Virus record (IMG/VR): IMGVR_UViG_3300042864_001285
DNA: 64,000 bases
Reading direction: 5' to 3' (one strand)
DNA from: a virus
Shown here: piece by piece, positions 1 to 8,381 of the stretch
Layout: each line of letters opens with the position of its first letter
Numbering within the stretch: position 1 is the stretch's first letter
The notes under the pieces: generated by a model
Databases searched by the model: none
Told to the model about the DNA's origin: nothing
Seen by the model: only the letters and a program-made list of their open reading frames with translations
Made by a program: the position numbers and the translations under genes

Positions 1-1
1 T

Positions 2-1384
2 GTAAAAATTGAATCTGAAACTGACAATGCTTTCCGTGAAAAGGAAAAACAATTGTATTCCGGTGAAAACCGTAAGGATGTGATGTATTCAAACATTCCA
101 GAGATTCTTCTTGAGAATGTGATTGTTGACCACAAAACTCTCATTAAAGAAGTTGTGGATCACAATTCAGATCCAATCCGCAGAGAATGGTTCAACGAAG
201 ATAAAATGCGGGCAAACTTCAGTAAGTTCCGGAACGAATCGAACAAGGTTGTTTCTTACCTTGTGAAAGAATTCGAAATGCGTAAAAATGCTGAACAGCA
301 AACACGTGCAAAAATCTCCAAGACTGGTGAACTGAACCTTTCGAAGATTCACGAATACAAATTCACTGATGACATTTTCGCTAGGCTCACTAAAGTGCCT
401 AACGGCAAGTCTCATGGTCTTGTGATGTTCATTGACTGGTCGGGTTCTATGTGTGACCATATGTCACCGACAGTGAAACAACTCTTGAACCTTGTAATGT
501 TTTGTAAAAAGGTAAATATTCCTTTTGATGTATATGCATTCTCAACTTCTCAACTTCTGAGCCAAGTAAAGTTGAAAACACAGAAACTGAAAGTCGGTGA
601 TTTGCTTGTTCATCCATTTTCACTACTGAATATTCTTTCACACAAAATGAGTGCAAATGAATTCACCAAGATGGCATCATATCTCCTTGATTATGGTACA
701 GGTCGCCGTGGTACATGTTCAAACATGGAACCACCAGAAATTCTTCAACTTGGTGGAACGCCACTGAATGAGGCAGTGATCTCAGCATTCAAAGTTATTC
801 CGAAGTTCAAGGCAGAAAACAAACTTGAAATTGTGAATAGTGTGTTTCTGACTGACGGTGAAGGTTCTACAATCTATGGCCGTATCGATGCTATCGAGGG
901 TGAACGTTACGAATGTTCTTCAGTTGATACTAACTATAAAATGAGAAGTTTCTTCCGTGATCCGACCACTAAAGCATCAGTTGAAGTGATTGAGTGTTCT
1001 GGATATGGTCCACGTGGCGCGGCTCAAACTACTGCACTTCTGAAACTACTGAAACAGCGTACAGATGCAAACGTGATTGGTTTCTATGTTGCGAGAATAC
1101 GTGATGTTCGTCACGCACTTGTAATGTATTCACCGAAGTCGGAAGAAAGTAAAATTGATCACCGTGTGGCAGAGTTCCGTAAGAACAACTTTACGTATCT
1201 AAATAACGTTGGATACGATGAATATTACTTTATTCGTTCAGATAAACTGGACACTGATGAAGATGATGAATTCGAAGTTACTTCAACAACAACCCGTGGG
1301 CTTGTTTCTGCTTTCTCAAAGTACACAAGCAACCGTGTTTCAAATCGTATCGTGTTGAACCGCTTCATTAACTTGATTGCATAA
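2..1384 (+). CDS. vWA-domain protein (CobT-like), 5-prime truncated at window edge
   Basis: The frame is open from position 2 with no upstream stop, so the gene starts before the window. It has the MIDAS-like motif DWSGSM and a later LTDGEG vWA signature. A CobS-like AAA gene lies at 15391. Confidence 0.55.
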   Translation, partial: VKIESETDNAFREKEKQLYSGENRKDVMYSNIPEILLENVIVDHKTLIKEVVDHNSDPIRREWFNEDKMRANFSKFRNESNKVVSYLVKEFEMRKNAEQQTRAKISKTGELNLSKIHEYKFTDDIFARLTKVPNGKSHGLVMFIDWSGSMCDHMSPTVKQLLNLVMFCKKVNIPFDVYAFSTSQLLSQVKLKTQKLKVGDLLVHPFSLLNILSHKMSANEFTKMASYLLDYGTGRRGTCSNMEPPEILQLGGTPLNEAVISAFKVIPKFKAENKLEIVNSVFLTDGEGSTIYGRIDAIEGERYECSSVDTNYKMRSFFRDPTTKASVEVIECSGYGPRGAAQTTALLKLLKQRTDANVIGFYVARIRDVRHALVMYSPKSEESKIDHRVAEFRKNNFTYLNNVGYDEYYFIRSDKLDTDEDDEFEVTSTTTRGLVSAFSKYTSNRVSNRIVLNRFINLIA

Positions 1385-1385
1385 T

Positions 1386-1931
1386 ATGATTAGTATTTTA
1401 ACTGATGTTCTCTCTGAGGACTTCATTCAACAACTCCTAGCATGGAACGAGGAGACAAAGGCTGGTGATGTTTGGGCATCAAACCAGACGAAATGGGTGG
1501 ATGTCCTGAAGTATGCCACAGGAGGCACGATACTTTCGAGGGCGCTTCCGGACGAATGGAAGAATCCAATTTACTATGAGTTAGTAAACCGTGGTAAATT
1601 GGATTATCTTCCATATTCTTCAGCCGCCATTTTCTACATGGGCTTTCCGACCTCTTGTGTGAACTGGCATCCAGATTACGCAGACTATGATGCTATGTCA
1701 ATTTATCTCAATAAAGAATGGGACTCTAATTGGGGTGGTTGGTTTGCATGGACAGAGGAGAATAAGGGCAGAGATGATTATGGTATTAATCCAAAACAAG
1801 GGCAGTTCTATTCTCCGCAGTACAACACAGCCATTCACTCAACAGAAAGAGAATGGCACTCTACGACACCGATTTCAACAACGGCGCCTCTGAGATTGTC
1901 TATCCAGCTTTTCTTCTCTAAGAAGCCATGA
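1386..1931 (+). CDS. hypothetical protein; possible 2OG-Fe(II) oxygenase-like fold
   Basis: The ATG sits 2 nt after the upstream stop. WHPDYAD and IHSTE give a possible HxD...H arrangement, but this is weak. Confidence 0.3.
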   Translation: MISILTDVLSEDFIQQLLAWNEETKAGDVWASNQTKWVDVLKYATGGTILSRALPDEWKNPIYYELVNRGKLDYLPYSSAAIFYMGFPTSCVNWHPDYADYDAMSIYLNKEWDSNWGGWFAWTEENKGRDDYGINPKQGQFYSPQYNTAIHSTEREWHSTTPISTTAPLRLSIQLFFSKKP

Positions 1932-2323
1932 CGGTTCAGAAAAAGCAATTCAAAGCCGCACTTATCAAGTACCGTCAATCTGAGATGGAGAGTGCAGTCT
2001 GGTTCTGGATTAATCCGGGTTCCGGAGCACCACTCTCACCGAAGTTTGAAACACAAGAAGAAGCCGAATTTTGGTTCGAGAGTGTTGTCTCTATACACGA
2101 AGAAACGTATGATTTAATTGACCGCATTAAAAACGGCAAGTTCTACACGTTAAAAGGTAGAATTGACGTTGGTGATGTTATTTCTTCCAAAAAAGCAAAC
2201 GAATGCCCCTTTACAATGCACCTGAAAGATGATATACTCCAGTTAGAAATTCTTGCGACATCCTTTAAACATGCTAAGGAGCGTGCTGAAGAATACTTTG
2301 AAATTCTCGAATGGATAGATTAA
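1928..2323 (+). CDS. hypothetical protein (131 aa)
   Basis: The ORF overlaps the upstream gene by ATGA, and its codon usage is AT-rich like its neighbours. Confidence 0.45.
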   Translation: MTVQKKQFKAALIKYRQSEMESAVWFWINPGSGAPLSPKFETQEEAEFWFESVVSIHEETYDLIDRIKNGKFYTLKGRIDVGDVISSKKANECPFTMHLKDDILQLEILATSFKHAKERAEEYFEILEWID

Positions 2324-2520
2324 TGAATAATTTTACACTACTTGTCTTGCTACTCATCGGTATCGGAGTGTTTGTCTTTGGACCGCTTATCACTATCTGG
2401 TCACTCAACACAATCTTTTCCCTATCGATTGCGTATGAACTCGAAACATGGTTTGCAACTGTCTGGCTTTTAATGGTTACATTTGGTAGTCTGGCTTCTA
2501 CAATCAAAACAAAAAAATGA
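2311..2520 (+). CDS. small membrane protein (2 predicted TM helices)
   Basis: The translation has hydrophobic segments LLVLLLIGIGVFVFGPLITIW and WFATVWLLMVTFGSLA. Confidence 0.4.
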   Translation: MDRLMNNFTLLVLLLIGIGVFVFGPLITIWSLNTIFSLSIAYELETWFATVWLLMVTFGSLASTIKTKK

Positions 2521-2777
2521 TCTCAAAAAAAACAATCGAGATATTCGAGAGTGCTAATCGTGATTATCCGAAAGAAAATACGATCTACACTCCAGAACAA
2601 ATGAAGTATGGTTACACACAAAAAGTAATTGAACTTACACTGAGGAAAGCAGAGAGTGCTGTGGAGAGAGCCGACCTAAGGGGAAAGACATATACGACCT
2701 ACGATAAGGGAATAATGGACTTCTGTAGAAGCCAAATAAAAAAAGAGATTGAAAGCATACTGAATGAACCTAGCTGA
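2517..2777 (+). CDS. hypothetical protein (86 aa)
   Basis: This ORF is co-oriented with its neighbours in an overlapping tandem array. Confidence 0.4.
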   Translation: MISKKTIEIFESANRDYPKENTIYTPEQMKYGYTQKVIELTLRKAESAVERADLRGKTYTTYDKGIMDFCRSQIKKEIESILNEPS

Positions 2778-3003
2778 ATACTTCAAAGAGAACCGATATA
2801 AAGCGAGTTTCGAGATGGGTGAGCGAGTTTCCGGACGGAGCGAAGGTATACCCTTTATTGGTACAGTGGGGAACGACACAGAAATTTCTAAGGAAGAAGG
2901 ACCGAGAGTGACAGTGCATCTCGACCTTCCGTTTCCAAAGACTGGAAGCACCATTCTTTTCGTAAAGCCAAACACCATAAAGAGATTGAAAAGCTATGAC
3001 TAA
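2764..3003 (+). CDS. hypothetical protein (79 aa)
   Basis: The ORF sits in the same tandem array of co-oriented small genes. Confidence 0.4.
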   Translation: MNLAEYFKENRYKASFEMGERVSGRSEGIPFIGTVGNDTEISKEEGPRVTVHLDLPFPKTGSTILFVKPNTIKRLKSYD

Positions 3004-3205
3004 AAGATGGAGTATCACCTTCCCCGGAGAGTTTGGGCAAGATGTTGTAGAGACATTCACAGAGGAACAGATACTGAAGTCCTACTATACGTACTGGTCA
3101 ACTAAGATGATTGAGAATGGTAAAGGTGACGATATATCAAAAGAGAAGTGCATCGAAGACTGGTGCGTAGTCCATTGGGCGTGGGAAAATTCGAAAACCG
3201 TGTAG
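2996..3205 (+). CDS. hypothetical protein (69 aa)
   Basis: The ORF sits in the same tandem array of co-oriented small genes. Confidence 0.4.
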   Translation: MTKRWSITFPGEFGQDVVETFTEEQILKSYYTYWSTKMIENGKGDDISKEKCIEDWCVVHWAWENSKTV

Positions 3206-3361
3206 GGGGTCCGGAGAAAATCCGAGAGGAGAAGAAAACTTGAAAATGTGCTTCCGGCCCCAGAAAATAAATTTAGGGAAAAAAGAGTTTGGGCCATAGC
3301 ACAAAATTACTTACATAGTATTACCTTTAAGGTACAGTGGTCCAGATTTTTAAGCAGGCGC

Positions 3362-3385
3362 CAAGCCAAAAAAAGGACGCCGAAG
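3362..3385 (-). terminator. rho-independent terminator closing the minus-strand operon
   Basis: On the minus strand, a hairpin agggcgc-ttcg-gcgtcct is followed by a TTTTTTT run. Confidence 0.45.
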
Positions 3386-3402
3386 CGCCCTTCCCACCAA
3401 CT

Positions 3403-3513
3403 GGTGTCCAACCTTTAACCTGGTCTCCAGTACACCAGGTCCAGCAACACAACCACCACACCCAACACCAGCACCACCTTGAATGCAAGGTCTTCCCACT
3501 TGTTTTCTGAAAA
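3403..3513 (-). CDS. 36-aa membrane peptide (MSMFSENKWEDLAFKVVLVLGVVVVLLDLVYWRPG)
   Basis: It has a strong SD AAGGAG 4 nt before the ATG and a single TM helix. It is missing from the ORF track because it is under 60 aa. Confidence 0.4.
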
Positions 3514-3528
3514 CATACTCATTACTCC

Positions 3529-3750
3529 TTACTTGTTTGCGTTAATGTAAACCAAGGTACTCATAACCTCTTTTTTAGCCTTGGGGCTGAGGTGGCAGAG
3601 TGTACCAATGAGACCCTCAAGGTAGCCAACGGTGTAAGAGTTGGCGGCGTGGAGTTCCTCGCCACGGGCGAATTGGCGGTCCTGAATGGCAGCCACCAGT
3701 GCCTTGGCCAAGTCTTGATTTGTCATTTTGTTTCCTTTCAAATTCAACAT
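3529..3750 (-). CDS. hypothetical protein, candidate leaderless start
   Basis: The ATG lies 7 nt downstream of the minus-strand -10 CATAAT. An alternative internal start at 3726 has the SD AAGGAAA. Confidence 0.4.
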   Translation of the reverse strand: MLNLKGNKMTNQDLAKALVAAIQDRQFARGEELHAANSYTVGYLEGLIGTLCHLSPKAKKEVMSTLVYINANK

Positions 3751-3757
3751 GGAATGG

Positions 3758-3786
3758 ATTATGGCGGATGGGCGTGAAAATGGCAA
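3758..3786 (-). promoter_or_regulatory. sigma70-like promoter TTGCCA-N17-CATAAT (minus strand)
   Basis: The -35/-10 hexamers sit in reverse complement, followed by CCATTCC and an ATG. Confidence 0.5.
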
Positions 3787-3819
3787 CCTAGTACCTTAGT
3801 TCTCCAGCCAGAGGGAGGG

Positions 3820-4041
3820 TCAATCCAGGAGAACCATATATTCTCGGGCATAATGACGGCGAAACCAATCCAGCCCCTTTTGCATTCTCTTATAATCACC
3901 GACCATTTGGCAACCCATAATGGTATCATATACTGCCACAGCCTCTGGAGATAATGTAATTGATTCTCCAGAGAATGGATTGGTTACCACCTCATTTTCG
4001 GTTCCAACCATGCATTCGAATGGGAGTTTGATTTTGGACAT
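3820..4041 (-). CDS. hypothetical protein (73 aa)
   Basis: It is GC-rich and co-oriented with the 4058-4807 gene. Confidence 0.45.
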   Translation of the reverse strand: MSKIKLPFECMVGTENEVVTNPFSGESITLSPEAVAVYDTIMGCQMVGDYKRMQKGLDWFRRHYAREYMVLLD

Positions 4042-4057
4042 AATGTTTCCTTTCAGT

Positions 4058-4807
4058 TTAAACGGATGCCATCATAATGGCGGGATACTTTACAAAACCA
4101 GTGGTATCTTTTTTGGCTTTGCCTTTGGCATATAAGCCGATAACGGAGCCTTTTGGATCCAGAAAACGGAGGTCCGACTCATCGCCATTAAATACTGGCA
4201 TACTCAGATAATCAGCCGGCATTGGGAGGGTCTTTTTAATACCAAACACCACGGCTACATTATAACCTTGGGCAATAGCCTTTTCAACGTCCGAATCATT
4301 ACCATCGGCGGCTGAGAATGTCAGGTGATAATTGGGATAATCGGCAATTTTACGTCCGAGAATCTTGGTATAATCGTAGAATTGAATTTCAGGGAATGCC
4401 ATGAAAATGTTTTTATATTCCACGCCATTACGGATGGCGGCATACTTTTCAAAGGCTAGGTCCGAAGTGCCATTAAGGCGAATCACTGGAACCATATTGA
4501 TTTTAGCCGATTGTTTAATAGCCAATTCAATATCCTTGACCAGCCATTCCATAAAACCGGTGCGAGCCTCGAAAAACATTTGGGTTTTGCGGATTCGAGC
4601 CTGCTGGATAATGTTGGTGGTTTCACCTTTTTTGAACATACCGCCACGGCCAGCAAGGTTCAGGCAGGCAGCCGTGCAACCTTTGGTCCGTTTGGCGCAG
4701 GTCTCAAAACCGGACAGGTCGGCTGGAGCGAGGTGCAGGATGTAGGTATTGTAACCCTGAGCCAGGCCTTTGAGGACCTTAGGGTTACCAGTGGAGAGTA
4801 AATTCAT
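4058..4807 (-). CDS. hypothetical protein with N-terminal Cys cluster (C-x6-GC-x3-C)
   Basis: The 249-aa ORF in the GC-rich island has an AAAGG SD. It is driven by the minus promoter at 4838-4865. Confidence 0.6.
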   Translation of the reverse strand: MNLLSTGNPKVLKGLAQGYNTYILHLAPADLSGFETCAKRTKGCTAACLNLAGRGGMFKKGETTNIIQQARIRKTQMFFEARTGFMEWLVKDIELAIKQSAKINMVPVIRLNGTSDLAFEKYAAIRNGVEYKNIFMAFPEIQFYDYTKILGRKIADYPNYHLTFSAADGNDSDVEKAIAQGYNVAVVFGIKKTLPMPADYLSMPVFNGDESDLRFLDPKGSVIGLYAKGKAKKDTTGFVKYPAIMMASV

Positions 4808-4837
4808 TTTTTGACCTTTGCTTGATTTGATGGTTGG

Positions 4838-4865
4838 ATTATACCAGAACCAGAGGAAATGGCAA
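4838..4865 (-). promoter_or_regulatory. sigma70-like promoter TTGCCA-N16-TATAAT (minus strand)
   Basis: The reverse complement reads ttgccatttcctctggttctggtataat. Confidence 0.55.
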
Positions 4866-4897
4866 CCATCCGTGGAATAGTTGACCGGCTGGCTGGG

Positions 4898-5140
4898 TTA
4901 TTGTACGCCATGATACCGCAGGAGGGACCGACCTTGGTACCGTACATGGGAGAGGAGCCGCCCACCCATTACATTTTCAGGTCGGACCAAGCCTTGGGAA
5001 GGATGCAACCAAAGCACCGTTCCATCGGCATACACCTGGAAAATAGCCTCTTGACCATGGTACACCTCGGCGTAGAATCCGCCACGGGCTTTCCGGAGGT
5101 AGGAGCGGCAGTGCCGGAGGACTATATGGGGCTGGTACAT
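4898..5140 (-). CDS. small basic protein (80 aa)
   Basis: It lies about 24 nt downstream of the minus promoter at 5172-5199, with AAAAGG before the ATG. Confidence 0.3.
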   Translation of the reverse strand: MYQPHIVLRHCRSYLRKARGGFYAEVYHGQEAIFQVYADGTVLWLHPSQGLVRPENVMGGRLLSHVRYQGRSLLRYHGVQ

Positions 5141-5171
5141 TTTGCAACCTTTTCAATTTACTATGGAATGG

Positions 5172-5199
5172 ATTGTACCAGAACCAGCGAGAATGGCAA
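5172..5199 (-). promoter_or_regulatory. sigma70-like promoter TTGCCA-N16-TACAAT (minus strand)
   Basis: The reverse complement reads ttgccattctcgctggttctggtacaat, nearly identical to the copy at 5436-5463. Confidence 0.55.
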
Positions 5200-5214
5200 C
5201 CATCCTTTGGATAC

Positions 5215-5231
5215 TTGACCGGATTGGTCAA
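5215..5231. promoter_or_regulatory. palindrome TTGACC-N5-GGTCAA (operator-like)
   Basis: This is a perfect 6-5-6 inverted repeat. The same motif recurs at 6197-6213 and 6565-6581. Confidence 0.4.
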
Positions 5232-5428
5232 CCTTTGGCATGGGAGAGACCAACATTCCGAAGGGTGGCAGCCTTGGCTCCAAGGTTGGCGACCGAATAC
5301 TTGGCACCAGCCGACCAAGTCCGTTCCGACCTACGGGGGCGGGCAGGCTTGCAAATGGTAACCAATACACCGTCCAGCAGGTATTGGGCTTGGACCTTGC
5401 GGTCGGTTGGTTGAATTGATTTTATCAT
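5228..5428 (-). CDS. small protein (about 66 aa), candidate leaderless
   Basis: The ATG is exactly 7 nt (CCATTCC) after the minus-strand -10 TACAAT. Confidence 0.3.
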   Translation of the reverse strand: MIKSIQPTDRKVQAQYLLDGVLVTICKPARPRRSERTWSAGAKYSVANLGAKAATLRNVGLSHAKG

Positions 5429-5435
5429 GGAATGG

Positions 5436-5463
5436 ATTGTACCAGAACCAGCGAGAATGGCAA
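5436..5463 (-). promoter_or_regulatory. sigma70-like promoter TTGCCA-N16-TACAAT (minus strand)
   Basis: It is a near-duplicate of the 5172-5199 element and is divergent to the plus promoter at 5505-5532. Confidence 0.55.
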
Positions 5464-5504
5464 CCAATAGTTGACCGGAAGAATGGAGAACTATTGTGCT
5501 ATAT

Positions 5505-5532
5505 TGCCATTCTGGCCTGCTATGATATAATA
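5505..5532 (+). promoter_or_regulatory. sigma70-like promoter TTGCCA-N16-TATAAT
   Basis: The sequence reads ttgccattctggcctgctatgatataat and lies upstream of the 5563 gene. Confidence 0.55.
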
Positions 5533-5562
5533 ACATCATTGTAAACGAAACGAAAGTGAAAA

Positions 5563-5799
5563 ATGAAAGTAGTACAAACGTATTCAAGTGTGGAATGTAA
5601 TGAGTATTCTGTATTCAATTCTGACAATGTTCAGGTTGCATACTATATTGAACACTATGTTCACCCAATTGATGAAGAAGTATTAGAAACCCCGGTCTTC
5701 GAGATATATTATGATTACAATGAAGAAGACGATGAATACGAAAGTTCTCTTATTTCTGAGAATTTTGACGATATTCAGGAAATAATCGATTCGTTCTAA
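5563..5799 (+). CDS. very acidic small protein (78 aa, D/E/Y-rich)
   Basis: It follows its own promoter, then a terminator-like hairpin. Confidence 0.5.
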   Translation: MKVVQTYSSVECNEYSVFNSDNVQVAYYIEHYVHPIDEEVLETPVFEIYYDYNEEDDEYESSLISENFDDIQEIIDSF

Positions 5800-5805
5800 T
5801 CTAAT

Positions 5806-5826
5806 AACCCAGCAACGGGCTGGGTT
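5806..5826 (+). terminator. stem-loop aacccagc-aacg-gctgggtt fused to the next promoter (PeSL-like)
   Basis: An 8-bp stem sits immediately 5-prime of TTGCCT-N16-TATAAT. Confidence 0.4.
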
Positions 5827-5831
5827 ATCTC

Positions 5832-5859
5832 TTGCCTTCCCTGCTGGTTCTGGTATAAT
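5832..5859 (+). promoter_or_regulatory. sigma70-like promoter TTGCCT-N16-TATAAT
   Basis: The sequence reads ttgccttccctgctggttctggtataat. Confidence 0.5.
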
Positions 5860-5952
5860 TGGTACCATGATTCGAAGCGGAAGGCGGGGTGGACGTGGAG
5901 GCTGGGCGTCATAATAATAACCCAGCACTCCGGTCAAGTATATCCAAAATGG

Positions 5953-5980
5953 TTGCCAAACCTGCTGGAACCTGTAGAAT
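5953..5980 (+). promoter_or_regulatory. sigma70-like promoter TTGCCA-N16-TAGAAT
   Basis: An ATG follows 7 nt after the -10. Confidence 0.5.
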
Positions 5981-5987
5981 CCAAGAC

Positions 5988-6200
5988 ATGATGAACACAA
6001 AAACCTACACTGTAGAACACCACGACAAAACCATGGACTTCCATGTGATCCGCTGGTCCCCATTGTCCAACGGTGTCCACACTGGCGAGTCCGTAGAACG
6101 GTTCCAATGTGAGGATGAGGCCATGGAAGTGGCTCGAATCCTGAACCAAGCCGAGGAACTGAGCCTGTACCTGGACCAGTCCTGCGAATTTGATAGTTGA
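5988..6200 (+). CDS. small protein (70 aa), candidate leaderless
   Basis: The ATG lies 7 nt after TAGAAT with no SD. Its stop overlaps the TTGACC palindrome. Confidence 0.4.
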   Translation: MMNTKTYTVEHHDKTMDFHVIRWSPLSNGVHTGESVERFQCEDEAMEVARILNQAEELSLYLDQSCEFDS

Positions 6201-6220
6201 CCATTCCGGTCAAGTATTGG

Positions 6221-6248
6221 TTGACAATACTACCGGAACCTGTATAAT
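6221..6248 (+). promoter_or_regulatory. consensus sigma70 promoter TTGACA-N16-TATAAT
   Basis: Both hexamers are perfect. It is preceded by the palindrome TTGACC-attcc-GGTCAA at 6197-6213. Confidence 0.65.
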
Positions 6249-6280
6249 CCAATCCATATTGTGAAAGAAAAGGAAAGAAA

Positions 6281-6568
6281 ATGTCCCGTTTAATATCTGA
6301 GCGCACCGCCCATGCATGGTTTGATGAGATGCTGGACGACTGTGAAGGTCCGGTGGAACTGTGCGGAATGACCTATTCCGCTTCCGAGGTCCTGCGTGAG
6401 GTCGACCCGGTAGCCTATCGGTGCGGTTTTAACGACTACGTGGATTCCTTGACCGAGGAAGACGTTTTCGTGGAAGGTCTCACCGAGGATGAGATGGAGA
6501 CCGAGGATGAGGATGACGGTCAGCCGGACGAAGCCCAAGAGTGGGCGGATTTTGATGCTGATTGTTGA
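6281..6568 (+). CDS. highly acidic small protein (95 aa; C-terminal EDEMETEDEDDGQPDEAQEWADFDADC)
   Basis: It has an AAAGGAAAG SD and sits directly behind a consensus promoter. Confidence 0.55.
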   Translation: MSRLISERTAHAWFDEMLDDCEGPVELCGMTYSASEVLREVDPVAYRCGFNDYVDSLTEEDVFVEGLTEDEMETEDEDDGQPDEAQEWADFDADC

Positions 6569-6588
6569 CCTGTCCGGTCAAGTATTGG

Positions 6589-6617
6589 TTGCCAGAACCT
6601 GCTGGTTCTGGTATAAT
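6589..6617 (+). promoter_or_regulatory. sigma70-like promoter TTGCCA-N17-TATAAT
   Basis: It is preceded by the palindrome TTGACC-tgtcc-GGTCAA at 6565-6581. Confidence 0.55.
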
Positions 6618-6688
6618 CGATACCATATTCAAAAGCACCTCTCCCGGTGGTGTTTTTCAACATGGTATTGCAATTGAAAGGAAAATTA

Positions 6689-7569
6689 TGATTGAAGTGA
6701 AGTTTGTCGGTGGTAAATACGTTGCCAACATCAATGGCAAGGTGGTCAAGCGTGCCAAAAAGGAACACATGGACTATGTGATCCGCAAGGCTACAGGTGC
6801 CACCGGTGGTGCTCCTGTCAATGTCAAGGAGTCCCGCTTCACCATCAACCAGCGGTTCGGCTTTGTCTCCGACATGGTCGCCATGTTGGTGAAAGGTGAC
6901 CAGTCCTCGGTGGTTGTATCTGGTCCCGGTGGTCTCGGCAAGTCCCATACCGTCACCAAGGCACTGAATGATGCCGGCATGAAGGATGTCACCCTCCTGG
7001 ATGAATTCGAGGTCGGTGGCAAAATCAACACCACCAAGTCCTACCGTGTTATCAAGGGCTACTCCACTCCAAAGGGCCTGTACCGTACACTGTATGAAAA
7101 CAAGGACGGCGTGGTTGTTTTTGACGACTGCGACTCGGTGCTGAAGGATCCAGTGTCTCTGAACCTGCTCAAAGGTGCTCTGGACTCCTACTCCCGCCGT
7201 GTCATCTCATGGCGTGCCGACATGAAGGATGACGAACTCCCACAATCCTTTGAATTCAAAGGCCGGGTGGTGTTTATCTCTAACCTGTCCTCTGATTCGA
7301 TGGACCAAGCCATCATCACCCGTTCGATGGCTGTTGACCTGACAATGACAACGGAGCAAAAAGTGGAGCGTATGCGCCACCTGGTGTCCCTCCCAGAGTT
7401 TATGCCTGAGTATTCGAAGACAGAAAAGTCCGATGCACTGGACCTGATTGACAACCTCCAAGATGAGGTGAAAGAGTTGTCACTCCGTACACTCATCCAG
7501 ACCACTAAAATCCGCAAGTCTGCTGGTGCCAAGTGGAAAGACCTTGCAGAATACACCATCTGCGGTTGA
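6689..7569 (+). CDS. P-loop NTPase / AAA-type ATPase
   Basis: It has Walker A GPGGLGKSHT, Walker B VVVFDDCD and the SD GAAAGGAAAA. Its own sequence is GC-rich. Confidence 0.65.
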
Positions 7570-7590
7570 TTTTTACTATAAAGGAATGAT

Positions 7591-7723
7591 TATGACAAAC
7601 ACTCAAGCATTTGGTTGGAAGTATATGGTGAATTGGTTGGCTCGGAGAGAGCATAAAATTCCTGATATTACATTCACCGCCCGCACCACACACAAAATGA
7701 AAGCGACTAATGAGCAAATTTAA
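7591..7723 (+). CDS. small hypothetical protein (44 aa)
   Basis: An AAAGGA SD precedes the ATG. Confidence 0.25.
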
Positions 7724-7931
7724 AGACTTGATTATCGATATCGAATCGTGCATCACCAATGGTGATACGTTTGAGGACATTATTCAATTCGTTATGACCT
7801 CCACTGGATGTGACGAAAAGACAGCCACGGACCTGGTGTTCGAGGTCGAGGGCAACCTGTGCATGGAGGAGGAACGGAACTATTATGAGGACCAAATAGT
7901 GCTGATTGAAGGATTCTCCGAAGAGGAGTGA
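7710..7931 (+). CDS. small acidic hypothetical protein (73 aa)
   Basis: The ORF is co-oriented with its neighbours. Confidence 0.35.
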   Translation: MSKFKDLIIDIESCITNGDTFEDIIQFVMTSTGCDEKTATDLVFEVEGNLCMEEERNYYEDQIVLIEGFSEEE

Positions 7932-7947
7932 TGTTGCGTAGATGAGA

Positions 7948-7986
7948 CACCTGGTGGTTGCCAGGTGGTCTTTTTTAGAGTACAAT
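7948..7986 (+). promoter_or_regulatory. PeSL-like unit: terminator hairpin cacctgg-tggttg-ccaggtg + T6, with the -35 TTGCCA embedded in the hairpin and -10 TACAAT
   Basis: Stem-loop, T-run and TTGCCA-N17-TACAAT overlap. No ORF follows for about 400 nt. Confidence 0.5.
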
Positions 7987-8295
7987 GGATCCATTGGTTC
8001 GAACAGCAAGACTGGGGGTGGACGTAGAGGCTGCCTGATGGTTTTCCAATGGGCATCCAGCACCACTCTGAGACATTCTGAGACCCACACAGAGCAAAAC
8101 ATTCCAAACCGTGCTGGAACCCACTGGAACCCATTGGAACGTGCGGAAACGTGCTGTCACCTCTGAGACACTCTGTGAAATTTTCAGGCGTTGGCAGCCA
8201 GCAACTAAGACTAAATAGCAACCCAACACTTCCGACACACCGCGACACATCCAGCGACCTACTGACTGACTGGTCAGTTATTAAGGTCCTCAAAG

Positions 8296-8338
8296 ATATC
8301 CACAACTTATCCACAACTTATCCACACACTTATCCACA
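8296..8338 (+). repeat. four direct DnaA-box-like 9-mers (ATATCCACA, TTATCCACA x3) phased 11-12 bp apart
   Basis: Three exact matches to TTATCCACA begin at 8307, 8318 and 8330, and a one-mismatch copy begins at 8296. Confidence 0.6.
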
Positions 8339-8381
8339 GTCTCTTTTATACAACAGACGAAGTTTTCCGCAAAATATTCCA

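Noticed and set aside
4859-5414. Overlapping ORFs on both strands (4859..5218 +, 4977..5318 -, 5142..5414 +, 5161..5370 -, 5173..5361 +)
   Set aside because: They arise from GC-rich, stop-poor sequence between the divergent promoters. They are mutually overlapping, lack starts next to promoters, and their translations are Trp/Arg/Pro-rich low-complexity.
3745-5480. Four copies of an about 38-nt repeat (ggaatggattgtaccagaaccagcgagaatggcaacca) that look superficially like a CRISPR array
   Set aside because: Their spacings are irregular (about 1080, 330 and 275 nt). The copies are reverse-complement sigma70 promoters (TTGCCA-N16-TACAAT), each sitting upstream of a minus-strand gene. There are no cas genes.
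5683-6306. 207-aa minus-strand ORF
   Set aside because: It is antisense to two promoter-driven plus-strand small genes and runs through three promoters and palindromes. It has no promoter or RBS of its own.
6520-7559. Minus-strand ORFs 6520..6948, 6774..7037, 7188..7559 and 7207..7461
   Set aside because: They are antisense within the P-loop ATPase gene, which has clear Walker motifs. They reflect GC-rich codon third positions.
7990-8002. tRNA-like T-loop GGTTCGAAC
   Set aside because: The flanking sequence cannot form a T-stem or acceptor stem. No cloverleaf is possible.
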